Positions 1-11,602 of a stretch of 62,183 nucleotides of DNA are shown in pieces. The stretch covers positions 1 through 62,183 of the forward strand of contig JAHDYR010000052.1 of NCBI GenBank assembly GCA_019828565.1, in the 5' to 3' direction. The translations under genes were made by a program, and so were the position numbers. Within the stretch, counting starts at the first letter, position 1. Every line of letters begins with the position of its first letter. The stretch comes from Carpediemonas membranifera BICM (lineage: Eukaryota; Protista; Fornicata). The notes under the pieces are model-generated. The model had not been told where the DNA came from, did not search any database, and saw nothing but the letters and a program-made list of their open reading frames with translations.

Positions 1-1134
1 CAAAGCTGCGGCGAACAGCGTCGATGGTCGTGCGGTCGAGCCACCCTGTGAGCCGGTGGGCGGGGGTCAACCTGCGGCGGCGGGCGAAGGGGGAGTTGGC
101 TGAGTCACCACGGGCTTCGTGCTCGGTCTCTGGCTCAGCTCTCTCCCCTTCCCCGCCTTCGACGCCCGCCAGGGAGAGGAACTCGGACACTGCGGTGTCG
201 TCGATGTTCCTCTCCTCTGGCTGGGTGGGGGCAACCTGGGCGGGGGTCTGGCGCGTGGGCCGGTCTCGCCCTGCGGGGCGGCTGCGGACTGCGGCCCAGT
301 TAGGGCGGCAGCGGAGTCGGTGGGGGCAGCATCGGCAGGGGTCTGGCGCGTGGGCCTGTCACCCTGCGGGGCGGCTGCGGGCTGCGGCCCAGTTAGGGCG
401 GCAGCGGAGTCGGTGGGGGCAGCATCGGCAGGGGTGGGGCTCGGGGGCCTATCACCCTGCTGTTGACGGTCTGCGCGGCCAGCAGCTACGCGACACGCGT
501 ATGCTTCTGCCTCGAGGAAGGCAGTGCGGTCTCGCGCAGGGCTTGCCGGGCGGGCCTCCTCGACACGGCTGATCAGTTGGGCGTATGACTGACGCCCGGT
601 CTTGGCGCGGCGAGCGGCGATCTCGGACGGGCGGAGCGGACGAGGGTGCTCCCTCATGAGCTGCTCATCGGTCCTTCTGCCCCGTATCACGCGCTCGAGG
701 GCCTCGTTGGCACGATCAATCGAGATCGTAGCAGTGAACACCTGGTTGGTGGCTGCGGCGTGAAGAAGTGAAGTGGCATTGGCGATGTGGTCATCACGGC
801 GGGATGCCTTCGGCTTATGGCCTGGCCCGAAGCGGTTTGTGGCCGCATGAACGTAGTCCGTGATCAAAGAAAGGTTGTTGATCGTGAAGAAGCGTTTGTT
901 GTCCGTCACAAGGCGCAATAAACGATCTTTGTTCATACAAACCTCGATGAAGGCCTCAGCGTTCTTCGGCCACGAGCCTTTCGGGCAGTGCTGACGAATT
1001 TCGTCCATTACGCGCAGAAGAGCAGCGAATAGCGCTAATCGCTTGTCAATAGACGTACCAGGTCCTTCATCGGATGTATGGCAGGATTCGTCGCCTTGCG
1101 GCGGCGAATCGAGCAACTTTCCTCTGGATACCAT
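1..1134 (-). pseudogene. CRE-like unit 1, 5' part (N-module B entering RT variant Z); cut by window edge
   Basis: ORF 67..1194 matches the N-terminus of 32003..34687. ATG at 1134; 1-nt frameshifts near 265 and 65. Confidence 0.85.
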
Positions 1135-1332
1135 GGCCGAATTTACAGGAGGGGGTTGTCCGAACGACACGCGACTCCGCGGAATTTCGAGCAACTACTC
1201 TCGCGCAGGGGCAGGGGATGCGTTATGCGATGCGGCGATGGGGCGGGAGGCGCAGGGGGGCTCGGGGACGACGCAGCCTAGAGTGGCCAAGTCAGCCGAG
1301 TCGCGACTCCAGATTTCTGTGCAGGGACCTGG

Positions 1333-4300
1333 TTATAGGTTGAGCTCGGCCCAGCGGGCCTTGCACTGGCTGACATAGTCACTCCAGATGCTGAGGTTGC
1401 CCTCCCAGGCCTTCAGGAAGGCCGTGTCGCGCATGGTTCCCGCCAGGTGCGGCCGTGCAATGGCGTCGCAAAACTGCACCGCCCAGTCCGCGGTCAGGCG
1501 GGACTCCCGTGGCGCCGCCGACGGTGGTGGCGGCGACCAGGAAGGTGACGTCCCAGTTGGCGTACTCCCGGGTCTTCTCGGTCTCGGCGTCGCGGGGGTG
1601 AAGACCGCAGTAGAAGTCGACGTAGACGTCGTCGTGGACGACGTTTCCGACCACGTCGCGCTCGCCCCAGACCTTGAGGTCAGCCCGCTTGTGTGTGGGG
1701 GCGTCGGCGCTCGTGACGCGGAACCTAGGGTGGGTGTCGAGCAGATCGAACTCGGGCTTGCAGTGGGGGATGGGGCGCCCGCGGAGGTCGTCCTGGGTCA
1801 CGAGATCGTGCACAGCCATCTTGATGCTGTCGTGGCGTGCGTTGGTCGCGCCATCCTTCAGGTAGGAGCAGCCGAGGGCGTGGCGCCACGTGATGTCCTG
1901 CTGGCCACAGAGGGGGCAGGTGACCGGCATCTCGCGGAATGGGGCGATGTTGAGGTGCGCCCGGGTGACGGGGACGAACACGCTGTCGCAGGAGGTCTGC
2001 TCGAGGTCGAGGGGGCTCAGCGCGGCTTCTTTGCGGAGGAGTCCGGCGGCGGGGGCCTCGAGGGAGCTGCAGTCAGAGAGGCCCTGGGAGACCTCCTCGG
2101 GGTCTAGGCCGAAGTCGGCGGGTGTCTTGGGGCGGTACTTGGCCGTCCAGGCTTTTGCAAGCATCGTAGTGAGTGTCTTCTGCGGCTTTTCAGCCTCGAT
2201 GCTAAACAGTTCCTGGATGGTTTTGGGCCACTCCTGGCACTCTTCTGGAGAGAACAGCGCCGCCTCCATGTCCCGGGTGATGCCTAGGGCGTGCAGCTGG
2301 TGGGCTGCGCCCAAAAATGCACACTTCCAGATGAGCGACGGAAGAGGGATACGGAGCCCGTAGTCGGCGAAATCGAGCGCTAGACGCTCTTCGGGTATCT
2401 TTGTGACGTCGGATACCTGAAGGATGCGTGCGATGGCAGCTCTCAGCTTCCGCTCCAGGCTTTTTGTGCGGCATTCGTGGCCAATCGGGCTCACGTTGCG
2501 AAAGATTGCCGAAGGCATCGGAAGAACGCAAGACCTGATCAGATTGACCGCCACCGAGGCCGCTTTCGGCCCCACTGCCTCGGTCATCTCGGCCACCCGC
2601 ACGAGCGCGTCCTCCATGCGCGAGAAGGCCGCGTCCACAGCGTTGGCAACGCCCGCGTCGTCGCCTACGGGGATACCGAGCACCCGTCCGCTTTTTGGCC
2701 CAGTGTCCCCGTCTTCGCCAGGACGAGGCACTTCAGTCGGTTCACCCGCATACCGACGGCTCCACACGCCGCCTCCACACGCGCGTAGAATGTATCGATC
2801 GTCCGCTGGTCTGCCTGCCGGGGCAGCAGCCCGTACACGTCGTCCTGGTAGCCGAGGATGGTCGTACTGGGAAGTTGCGACCGGAGGCTGCCGAGGAGGG
2901 GCGTCATAGCCAGCGTGAAGAGGGCTGGGGACAGGGGGTCCCCCTGGTGGATGCCCTCTCGGCTGGCTATGACGTGCCCGGTCGGGGTCAGCAGCTTGCC
3001 CTCGCCATACATGGTGGAGAAATAGGGGAGGGCGGCTGGGGCGTGCGCCTCGAGCACCACACGGAGGTGGGCGCGGGACACGGTTCCGTAGGCGTTAGTC
3101 ATGTCAACAGCACAGACCTTGAGCCCTTCGTCGTACGCTTCCGCAATTTTCGCGGTCATAACGTCCAGGCCGCAGCTCTCGCCGAGCCCGTACTGCTCAG
3201 GGCAGACGCCGTCATTACGGAGACGCGACGAGACGGCCGAGGCGAGGACCTTCGCGGCCAGGCGCCGGAGCGCCTCGCCCATGGCGATGGGTCTGACCCG
3301 ATCTTCGCCCTTCGGCAGTGCGATGAGCCGTGCGTGAGCGAGGATACCCGTGTACTCCTCGCCGGCAATGATGTCGCGCACAAGGGGCAGGAGTGCCTGC
3401 ACCAACTGGCCCTTCCGGAGTCGATGAGCGAGTTTCAGATGCAAGAAGCTCAGCCCGGATGGGCCGGGGGCCGAGTCCGCTCTCATCTTCCCCAGCGCCT
3501 CGTCTACGGCCTCGAAGGTGACCTCAAAGGACGTGAGCGCGTCGGCGCGGCGTGTGAGAGCCGGCGTCTGGGGATCTCTCAGCGGGGCGGCCTGCATCTC
3601 CTCCAGCTTCTGGTCGATCTGACCCGGCGTGAGTGTCATCTCCTCAGAGAGCAGGACCTTCATGGCGCTGGAGTAATACCCGGCGGCGGCCTTCGAGTAT
3701 GCAGCTCGCTCTGGGGAGCGGGTGCGGAGGGAGATCCCCCTTCTTCCCAGGGCGATATACTGTCCGCGCGTGCCGAAGGACGGCGGCTAGCGCCTCCCGC
3801 TTCCGGTTCTGCGGCGCGTTCGCCAGGGTCACGAGCAGCCGGATCAGCCCGTTCACGAATCCCGCGGCAGCCTTCCGTGAGGGCTTCGCCCGGCCGATGC
3901 GTCCGGCTTCCGCGGGGTGAGGCAGATATGACAGCTCGATCGGCAGGTCGCCCGCGAGAGGGTCGGCCGGCGGCAGGGGCAGGAGCGCTGCTCTCGGTCT
4001 CCGTGGGGGCTGGCTGGGCCCGGCATGGGGCGGGGCCTCAGCACTAGGGTCCGGCGGAAGACCGCATGCCTCTCTCATGAAGAACACAAACCTCGGCGTG
4101 AACTGCCTGAACCCTTTGGGGAAGCTGTAGGGTGGCCGCCTGTCCGGCTCGTCCGCGAAGAGGCCCTCGAGAAGCTGTGTCCAGCGTTCACGTGACATCC
4201 TGTGGACGCCATTCTGCCCGCCGGACACTTCTCCGACCCGGACTGCTGTCGTGAGTGTGGACCTTACCTGCTCGGCCGAGCCCCAATGAGACTCGACCAG

Positions 4301-5493
4301 GTGGGTCGGGATGTTTGCGGTGAACCTATGCCGGAGTCGATCCAGCTTGGCAGGCTCAGCCACCCCTGGGTAGGCGTGGATGATGCTGGCCCAGGGTGCG
4401 CCTCCGTGATCTGGTTAAGAGCGCCAGGAGGGCCTGTGTACACAAATGTACGTGGTTCAGGGCCTTGGCTTGCCTGCGGCGGCGGGCGAAGGGGAGGGTT
4501 GGCTGAGTCACCACGGGCTTCGTGCCCGGTCTCTGGCTCAGCTCTCTCCCCTTCCCCGCCTTCGACGCCCGCCAGGGAGAGGAACTCGGACACTGCGGTG
4601 TCGTCGATGTTCCTCTCCTCTGGCTGGGTGGGGGCAACCTGGGCGGGGGTCTGGCGCGTGGGCCTGTCACCCTGCGGGGCGGCTGCGGGCTGCGGCCCAG
4701 TTAGGGCGGCAGCGGAGTCGGTGGGGGCAGCATCGGCAGGGGTGGGGCTCGGGGGCCGGTCATCCTGCTGTGTGGCTGCAGGCTGCGGCCCAGTTAGGGC
4801 GGCAGCGGAGTCGGTGGGGGCAGCATCGGCAGGGGTGGGGCTCGGGGGCCGGTCTCCCTGGCGTCGGGCGAAGGCATCGGCCCTCGCATACTCGCGGGCG
4901 ATGCCCGCATTCGGTGGGCTGGCTGGGCGGGGCGCATGCTGGACCCGCTTCACCAAGGCGGTTACAGACGTCGTCCTCTGAGGGCCTCGGACAGTCTGAA
5001 GGAGGTTCATCCTTCTCGCTTTCACTGGGTCGATGGCGTGCTCGATCATACGCTCAAGAGCCTCGTTCGCACGTTCGATGGTGAGCGTTGATGTGAACGC
5101 CTGATCAGTGGCTGCAGCGTGCAGAATGGCGACAGCATTTGCGACGTGATCGTCGCGGCGGGAAGCTTTCACCTTGTGGCCGGGGCCGAAGCGATTTGTC
5201 GCCGCGTGAACGTAGTTGGTTATCCAAACCAAGTTGCTCACCGTGAAGAAACGCTTGTAATCCGAAATAAGGCTCAATAGACGTTCTTTGTTCATGCAGA
5301 TCTCAATAAAGGCCTCAGTATCCTTCGGCCAAGAGTTCTTCGAGCTGGAGGGATGGAAATCGTTAATCCACCGCAGAAGAGCAGCGAACAGCGCTAATCG
5401 CTTGTCAATAGACGTACCAGGTCCTTCATCGGATGTATGGCAGGATTCGTCGCCTTGCGGCGGCGAATCGAGCAACTTTCCTCTGGATACCAT
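1333..5493 (-). pseudogene. CRE-like unit 2 (N-module A + RT/RLE variant X), frameshifted
   Basis: ORFs 4264..5553, 3644..4363, 2665..3663 and 1379..2767 are consecutive pieces of the 27714..31841 protein. Ends WSDYVSQCKARWAELNL* at 1333. Confidence 0.88.
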
Positions 5494-5691
5494 GGCCGAA
5501 TTTACTTTCCCAGGTTGTCCGAACGACACGCGACTCCGCGGAATTTCGAGCAACTACTCTCGCGCAGGGGCAGGGGATGCGTTATGCGATGCGGCGATGG
5601 GGCGGGAGGCGCAGGGGGGCTCGGGGACGACGCAGCCTAGAGTGGCCGAGTCAGCCGAGTCGCGACTCCGGCATTTTGTGGGGAGGGCAGA

Positions 5692-8600
5692 TTATTGGTG
5701 GTGCTCGGCCCAACGGGCCTTGCACTGGGAGACATAGTCCGACCAGACGCGGATGTTGTCTGCCCAGACCGAGAGGAAGGTGCGGTGCTTGACCCTGGGG
5801 ACCAGGTGGGGGCGGGCGATCGCCTCACAGAGCTTCACGGCCCAGCACTCGGTGATGCGGGACTCAGTCTCACCCAGGACGGTGGTGGCGGCTGGGATAA
5901 ATGTAATAGCCCAGTTCTGGTACTCCCTGGCCTTCTCCAGCTCAGCCGCGCGCGGGTTGACTCCACAGTAAAAATCGACATAGACGTCGTCATGGACCAC
6001 GTTGCCAACCACGTCACGCTCACCAGAGACCTTGAGGTCGGCCCTCTTGCGGGTGGGCGCTCTGGCAGACACCTGCCGGAACCTGGGGTGGGCCCGGGTG
6101 AGCCAGCGCTCGGGCTTCACGTCAGCCATTGGACGGCCAGATATGTCATCGTCACTGACAACGGCCTGTACAACGTCCCGAATGTGGTCATGGCGGGCAT
6201 CGTCGGCACCTCCGGTCTGGTTGGGGCACGAGAGGGCGTGCTTCCACGTGATGGCTTGCGCGTTGCACAGCGGGCAGACCTCAGGCAGCTCCTCGAATGG
6301 GGCCGTGTCGAGGTGCGCCCGCACAATGGGAACAAAGAGGGACCCCAGTGGAGCCGGATCGAGCTCCAAGGGCGTGAGGGAGGCCTCCTTGCGGAGTGCT
6401 CCGGCAGCGGGGGCGGGGCGGCCAGCTGACTCCGGTAGAGCCTGAACGGCGGCATCTGGGCATAACTCGAAGTCAGCAGGCTGATTGGGGCGGAACTCAA
6501 GCACCCATGCATCTCTATGGAATTTGGTTAGCTTCTTCTGAGGCTTCATGGCCTCGATCTCATAGAGAGCCTCGACACTTTCAGGCCATACAGCGCTGCC
6601 ATCGAGCTTGAAAAGCGACTCGTCAAGGTGAGGGACGGTCCTGTTGGGGCGTAGTGTGTGCAGTTGGTGTGTTGTGCCCAAAAATGCACACTTCCACACG
6701 AGCGATGGCAAAGGCATACGAAGACCGAAATCATCGTAATCAAGCGCAATACGCTGCGTAGGAACTTGCAATCTGCCCATTTTCTGCAGGATGTCGCCAA
6801 TCGCTCGAAGGATTTTCCTTTCCAGCTGAATTGTCCTGGATTGGTGGGGAACTGGAGAGACAGACCGATAGATTGCCGAAGGCATTGCCAAAACACACGA
6901 TCTCAGCATATTGATGGCAACACCGGCCGAAACAGGACCAACTGCTTCCACCATCGCAACGATTCTTTCGATGGCCGCTTCCATGCCACAGAACACTTCA
7001 TCGACTACCGCAGCCTCGCCATCAGCATCCCCAATGGGGACACCGACCGCCTTTCCGCACACAGCGCGCCGGATGTTCCCCGAAACCCCGAACTTCGAGA
7101 TGACAACACACTTGGCCGCGTTGACCTTCATACCCACGCCGTTCGCCAGTGCGGCGCATCGAGCAAAGAAGGCATCAATACGTGTGCTTGGTGTGTCGCG
7201 GGGGGCGACAAGGTATGCATCATCCTGGTATGCAACCAGGTCGCAGTCCGGGAATTCAGACCGCAGCTGGTCTAGCACAGGTTTCATGGCCAGGGAGAAG
7301 AGGACAGGAGAGATGGGATCCCCCTGCTGTACCCCTTCCCTGGACGGAATGACGAGTCCTGTAGGGGTGATCAGACGACCCTGACGGTACATGACCTCAA
7401 GGTACGGCAGCAGGGCGGGAACCCAGGCCTCTGCGACGTCCCGGAGGTGCTGCCTGGACACCGTTCCATATGCGTTAGTCATGTCGACGGCACATACCTG
7501 GTCGCCTGCTGCATACCTCTCTGCCAGAAGGTCAGCCATACAGTCAAGACCACAGGGCTCGCCCAGTCCATACTGGCCAGAGCAGACCCCGTCCGCGGCA
7601 AGGCGCAGGCCAACCACGCGGGCCAAAGCCTTCCCGGCCACGCGGCGTAGACACTCGCCCATGGCGATGGGGCGCACGTTGCCCGCCCCCTTCGGTAGCG
7701 CAACTAGCCGGGCATGGGAGAGGATCTCAGTGTACCTTTCGCCACTGATGATGTCGAGCAAAAGCGGCGTTATTGCCCTGACGAACTGGCCTTTCCGCAG
7801 TCTATAGGCCAGCTTCAGATGTAGAAAACTGAGGCCCGATGGCCCAGGTGCCGAGTCAGTCTTCAGTCGATCGAGGACATGCGTGACGACCTCCTCTGTC
7901 AGCTCAAACGACTCAAGCGCACCCGGCATCCTGGGTGGGTGGAACAGGGTCGGGTTGAGCACCGGCTCCTCCTGCAGCGCCTCCAACTGCTCGTCAACTT
8001 CAGCCGGGGCCAGTGTGAGGTCTTCCGCAAGGAGCACCTTCAACGCACTCGAATAGTAGCCGGCCGCTGCTTTGGTATACGCCGCAAACTCAGGTGTCCG
8101 GCTTCTGAGCCCGACCGGCTCCTTTGAGGGCCTGTACACCGTGCGCGGATGCTGTAGGACAGCAATGAGGGCAGCTCGCTTCCGCGAGGCGGGAGCCTCG
8201 TTGAGAGCTACGAAGCGGTTGATCAGGCCCTTCACGAACGGCAGTGCGCCCTTCTTTGACGGCTTGGCCTTCCCAATCCTTCCTGCCTCAGTCGGCGAGG
8301 GCAGGAATCGGAGCTCCTCCGGCAGCTGCTGGGAGGAGGTTGCGTGCGGCTGTGCCTGGGGCCGAGCCGGGACCAACGGCGCACGACGGGCAGTGGGTCG
8401 ACTCGACGACTGTCCTGGAACCGCGGGGATGGCCGGGTCAGGTGGCAATCCAAGTCCCTCGCGGATGAATGCCACGAACCTGGGTGCGAACGACTTCAGG
8501 CCTTGCGGGAACGCATACGTCGGCCGGTTCCTCGGGTGAGCCGCAAAGACCTGCTCGAGGAGAGCCGTCCAGCGTGCTCTGGACATGCGGTTCTGCCCGT

Positions 8601-9952
8601 TCTGCCCCCTGGAGAGCCAGCGGACGGCCTCGACTGACGTCAGCGTCGATCTGACTTGGTCATTAGTGGACCACATGCCGCTGCGGTCCTCTCTGGGGAC
8701 ATGTTCAACGAATGTGCGGCGGATCCCATCAATCGTGGCAAGGTCTAGCCACCCCCCAGGCGCAACCTGCTGATGAGCGGCAACCAGAGCGTCAGGTCCT
8801 GTGTATACGAATGTACGTGGTTCAGGGCCTTGGCTTGCCTGCGGCGGCGGGCGAAGGGGAGGGTTGGCTGAGTCACCACGGGCATCGTGCCCGGTCTCTG
8901 ACTCAGCTCTCTCCCCTTCCCCGCCTTCGACGCCCGCCAGGGAGAGGAACTCGGACACTGCGGTGTCGTCGATGTTCCTCTCCTCTGGCTGGGTGGGGGC
9001 AACCTGGGCGGGGGTCTGGCGCGTGGGCCTGGTCATCCCGCTGGGCGGCTGCGGGCTGCGGCCCAGTTAGGGCGGCAGCGGAGTCGGTGGGGGCAACCTG
9101 GGCGGGGATCTGGCGCGTGGGCCTGTCACCCTGCGGGGCGGCTGCGGGCTGCGGCCCAGTTAGGGCGGCAGCGGAGTCGGTGGGGGCAGCCTGGGCAGGG
9201 GTGGGGTCGGTAGACCGGTCATCCCGCTGGGCGGCTGCGGGCTGCGGCCCAGTTAGGGCGACAGCGGAGTCGGTGAGGGCAGCATCGGCAGGGGTGGGGC
9301 TCGGGGGCCGGTCACCCTGGCGTCGGGCGAAGGCATCGGCCCTCGCATACTCGCGGGCGATGCCCGCATTCGGTGGGCTGGCTGGGCGGGGCGCATGCTG
9401 GACCCGCTTCACCAAGGCGGTTACAGACGTCGTCCTCTGAGGGCCTCGGACAGTCTGAAGGAGGTTCATCCTTCTCGCTTTCACTGGGTCGATGGCGTGC
9501 TCGATCATACGCTCAAGAGCCTCGTTCGCACGTTCGATGGTGAGCGTTGATGTGAACGCCTGATCAGTGGCTGCAGCGTGCAGAATGGCGACAGCATTTG
9601 CGACGTGATCGTCGCGGCGGGAAGCTTTCACCTTGTGGCCGGGGCCGAAGCGATTTGTCGCCGCGTGAACGTAGTTGGTTATCCAAACCAAGTTGCTCAC
9701 CGTGAAGAAACGCTTGTAATCCGAAATAAGGCTCAATAGACGTTCTTTGTTCATGCAGATCTCAATAAAGGCCTCAGTATCCTTCGGCCAAGAGTTCTTC
9801 GAGCTGGAGGGATGGAAATCGTTAATCCACCGCAGAAGAGCAGCGAACAGCGCTAATCGCTTGTCAATAGACGTACCAGGTCCTTCATCGGATGTATGGC
9901 AGGATTCGTCGCCTTGCGGCGGCGAATCGAGCAACTTTCCTCTGGATACCAT
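5692..9952 (-). CDS. CRE-like unit 3 polyprotein (N-module A + RT/RLE variant Y), one frameshift near 9030
   Basis: SAPGPSGL, VRPIAMGE, VDMTNAYGTVSR, QQGDPISP, YQDD, CPLC..HALSC, RHD, RADL, YVDF, EKAREY. ORFs 5692..9036 plus 8903..10012. Confidence 0.9.
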
Positions 9953-10149
9953 GGCCGAATTTACTTTCCCAGGTTGTCCGAACGACACGCGACTCCGCGG
10001 AATTTCGAGCAACTACTCTCGCGCAGGGGCAGGGGATGCGTTATGCGATGCGGCGATGGGGCGGGAGGCGCAGGGGGCTCGGGGACGACGCAGCCTAGAG
10101 TGGCCGAGTCAGCCGAGTCGCGACTCCGGCATTTTGTGGGGAGGGCAGA

Positions 10150-11602
10150 TTATTGGTGGTGCTCGGCCCAACGGGCCTTGCACTGGGAGACATAGTCCGA
10201 CCAGACGCGGATGTTGTCTGCCCAGACCGAGAGGAAGGTGCGGTGCTTGACCCTGGGGACCAGGTGGGGCGGGCGATCGCCTCACAGAGCTTCACGGCCC
10301 AGCACTCGGTGATGCGGGACTCAGTCTCACCCAGGACGGTGCAGGCGGCTGGGCACGAAGGTGACCTAGCCCAGTTCTGGTACTCCCCTGGCCTTCTCCA
10401 GCTCAGCCTCGCGCGGGTGCAGGCTGACCACAGTAAAAATCGACATAGACGTCGTCATGGACCACGGTTCCCGACCACGTCACGCTCGCCTGCCACCATG
10501 AGGTCGGCCCTTGCGTCTGGGCGCTTCGGCATCGGCCTGCCGGTAGCGGGGGTGAGCGCGAGGTGAGCAGCGACCTCGGGCCTGGCAACGGCAGCCATGG
10601 GTCGACCTCTAACGTCGTCGTCAGTCGACAACGGCGCTGCACAGCGTCCCGAAACATGGTCTGTGACGCTCGGGCATCGTCGGGCGGTTCCCGGTCTGGT
10701 GTGGGCACGAGAGGGCATGCTGCCAGGTGCAGCGCTGGGCCTGACACAGGGGGCAAGTCTCGGGCCACTCTTCGAACGGGGCGACATCCAGGTGTGCCCT
10801 GGCAATTGGGACAAATATTGAGCCAACAGGCTTCGATTCTAGCTCAATTGGGGTGAGTGCGGCCTCTTGCCGGAGAATTCCAGCCGCCGGGGCAGCGCGC
10901 TGGGAGGAGTCGTTCAGGGCCTGAGTGGCCGCATTGCGGTCCAAGTTGAAGTCAGACGGCGTTGATGGGCGGTGCTGGACTGTCCAGGCGTCTCTATGGT
11001 ACTTTGTGAGTTGTTTCTGAGGCTTTTTGGCCTCCATCTCATAGAGTTCGTCCTTGGTCCTAGGCCACTCTTCGGCGCCTTCAACGGTAAACAGGGCCTC
11101 GTCTAGGTGCACAGACCGGTCCGGAAGCAGCTGGTGCAGCTGGTGTTCCGTGCCCAAAAATGCGCATTTCCAGACGAGTGATGGGATTGGCATGCGGAGC
11201 CCGTAATCTCCATAATCGAGAGCCATTCTACGAGTTTTGTCTTCCAGACCATCTCTTAGTTGCAGAATGTGCTCTACGCTGCGGCTAAGCATCTGCTCGA
11301 AGCGGGATGTCCTGCTTTCGTGCCTAATCGGCGACACAGCTCTGTAGATTGCGGATGGCATCGCAAGAATGCATGAACGAATCATATTCAGCGCAACGCT
11401 GGCCGCAGAAGGCCCTACAGTCTCCACCATTTCCACGACGCGAGCAGTCGCCATCTCCATCTCCGAGAAGACATCATCGACAGCTCTTGCCTCACCATGA
11501 GCGTCACCAACAGGGATTCCAACGGCTCTACCGTTGACTACCCGCTGAATGGCACCCGGGGAGCCAGCAGCGCTGATCACCATACACTTAGCCGTGTTCA
11601 CG
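10150..11602 (-). pseudogene. CRE-like unit 4, 3' fragment (variant Z changing to a Y tail)
   Basis: 10710-11602 matches variant Z, 10150-10340 matches variant Y, and the sequence between is a scrambled mixture. Confidence 0.85.

Larger units (their letters stand above)
1..11602 (-). mobile_element. Head-to-tail array of 4 CRE/SLACS-like RLE non-LTR retrotransposon units (left arm)
   Basis: ~4.3-kb period. Each unit has some or all of the RT/CCHC/RLE motifs, and the same ~197-bp spacer occurs at 1135-1332, 5494-5691 and 9953-10149. Confidence 0.9.

Noticed and set aside
11549-11602. ATG-started N-terminus of ORF 11549..12583
   Set aside because: It is antisense CRE sequence fused by chance to the truncated LINE-A ORF1.
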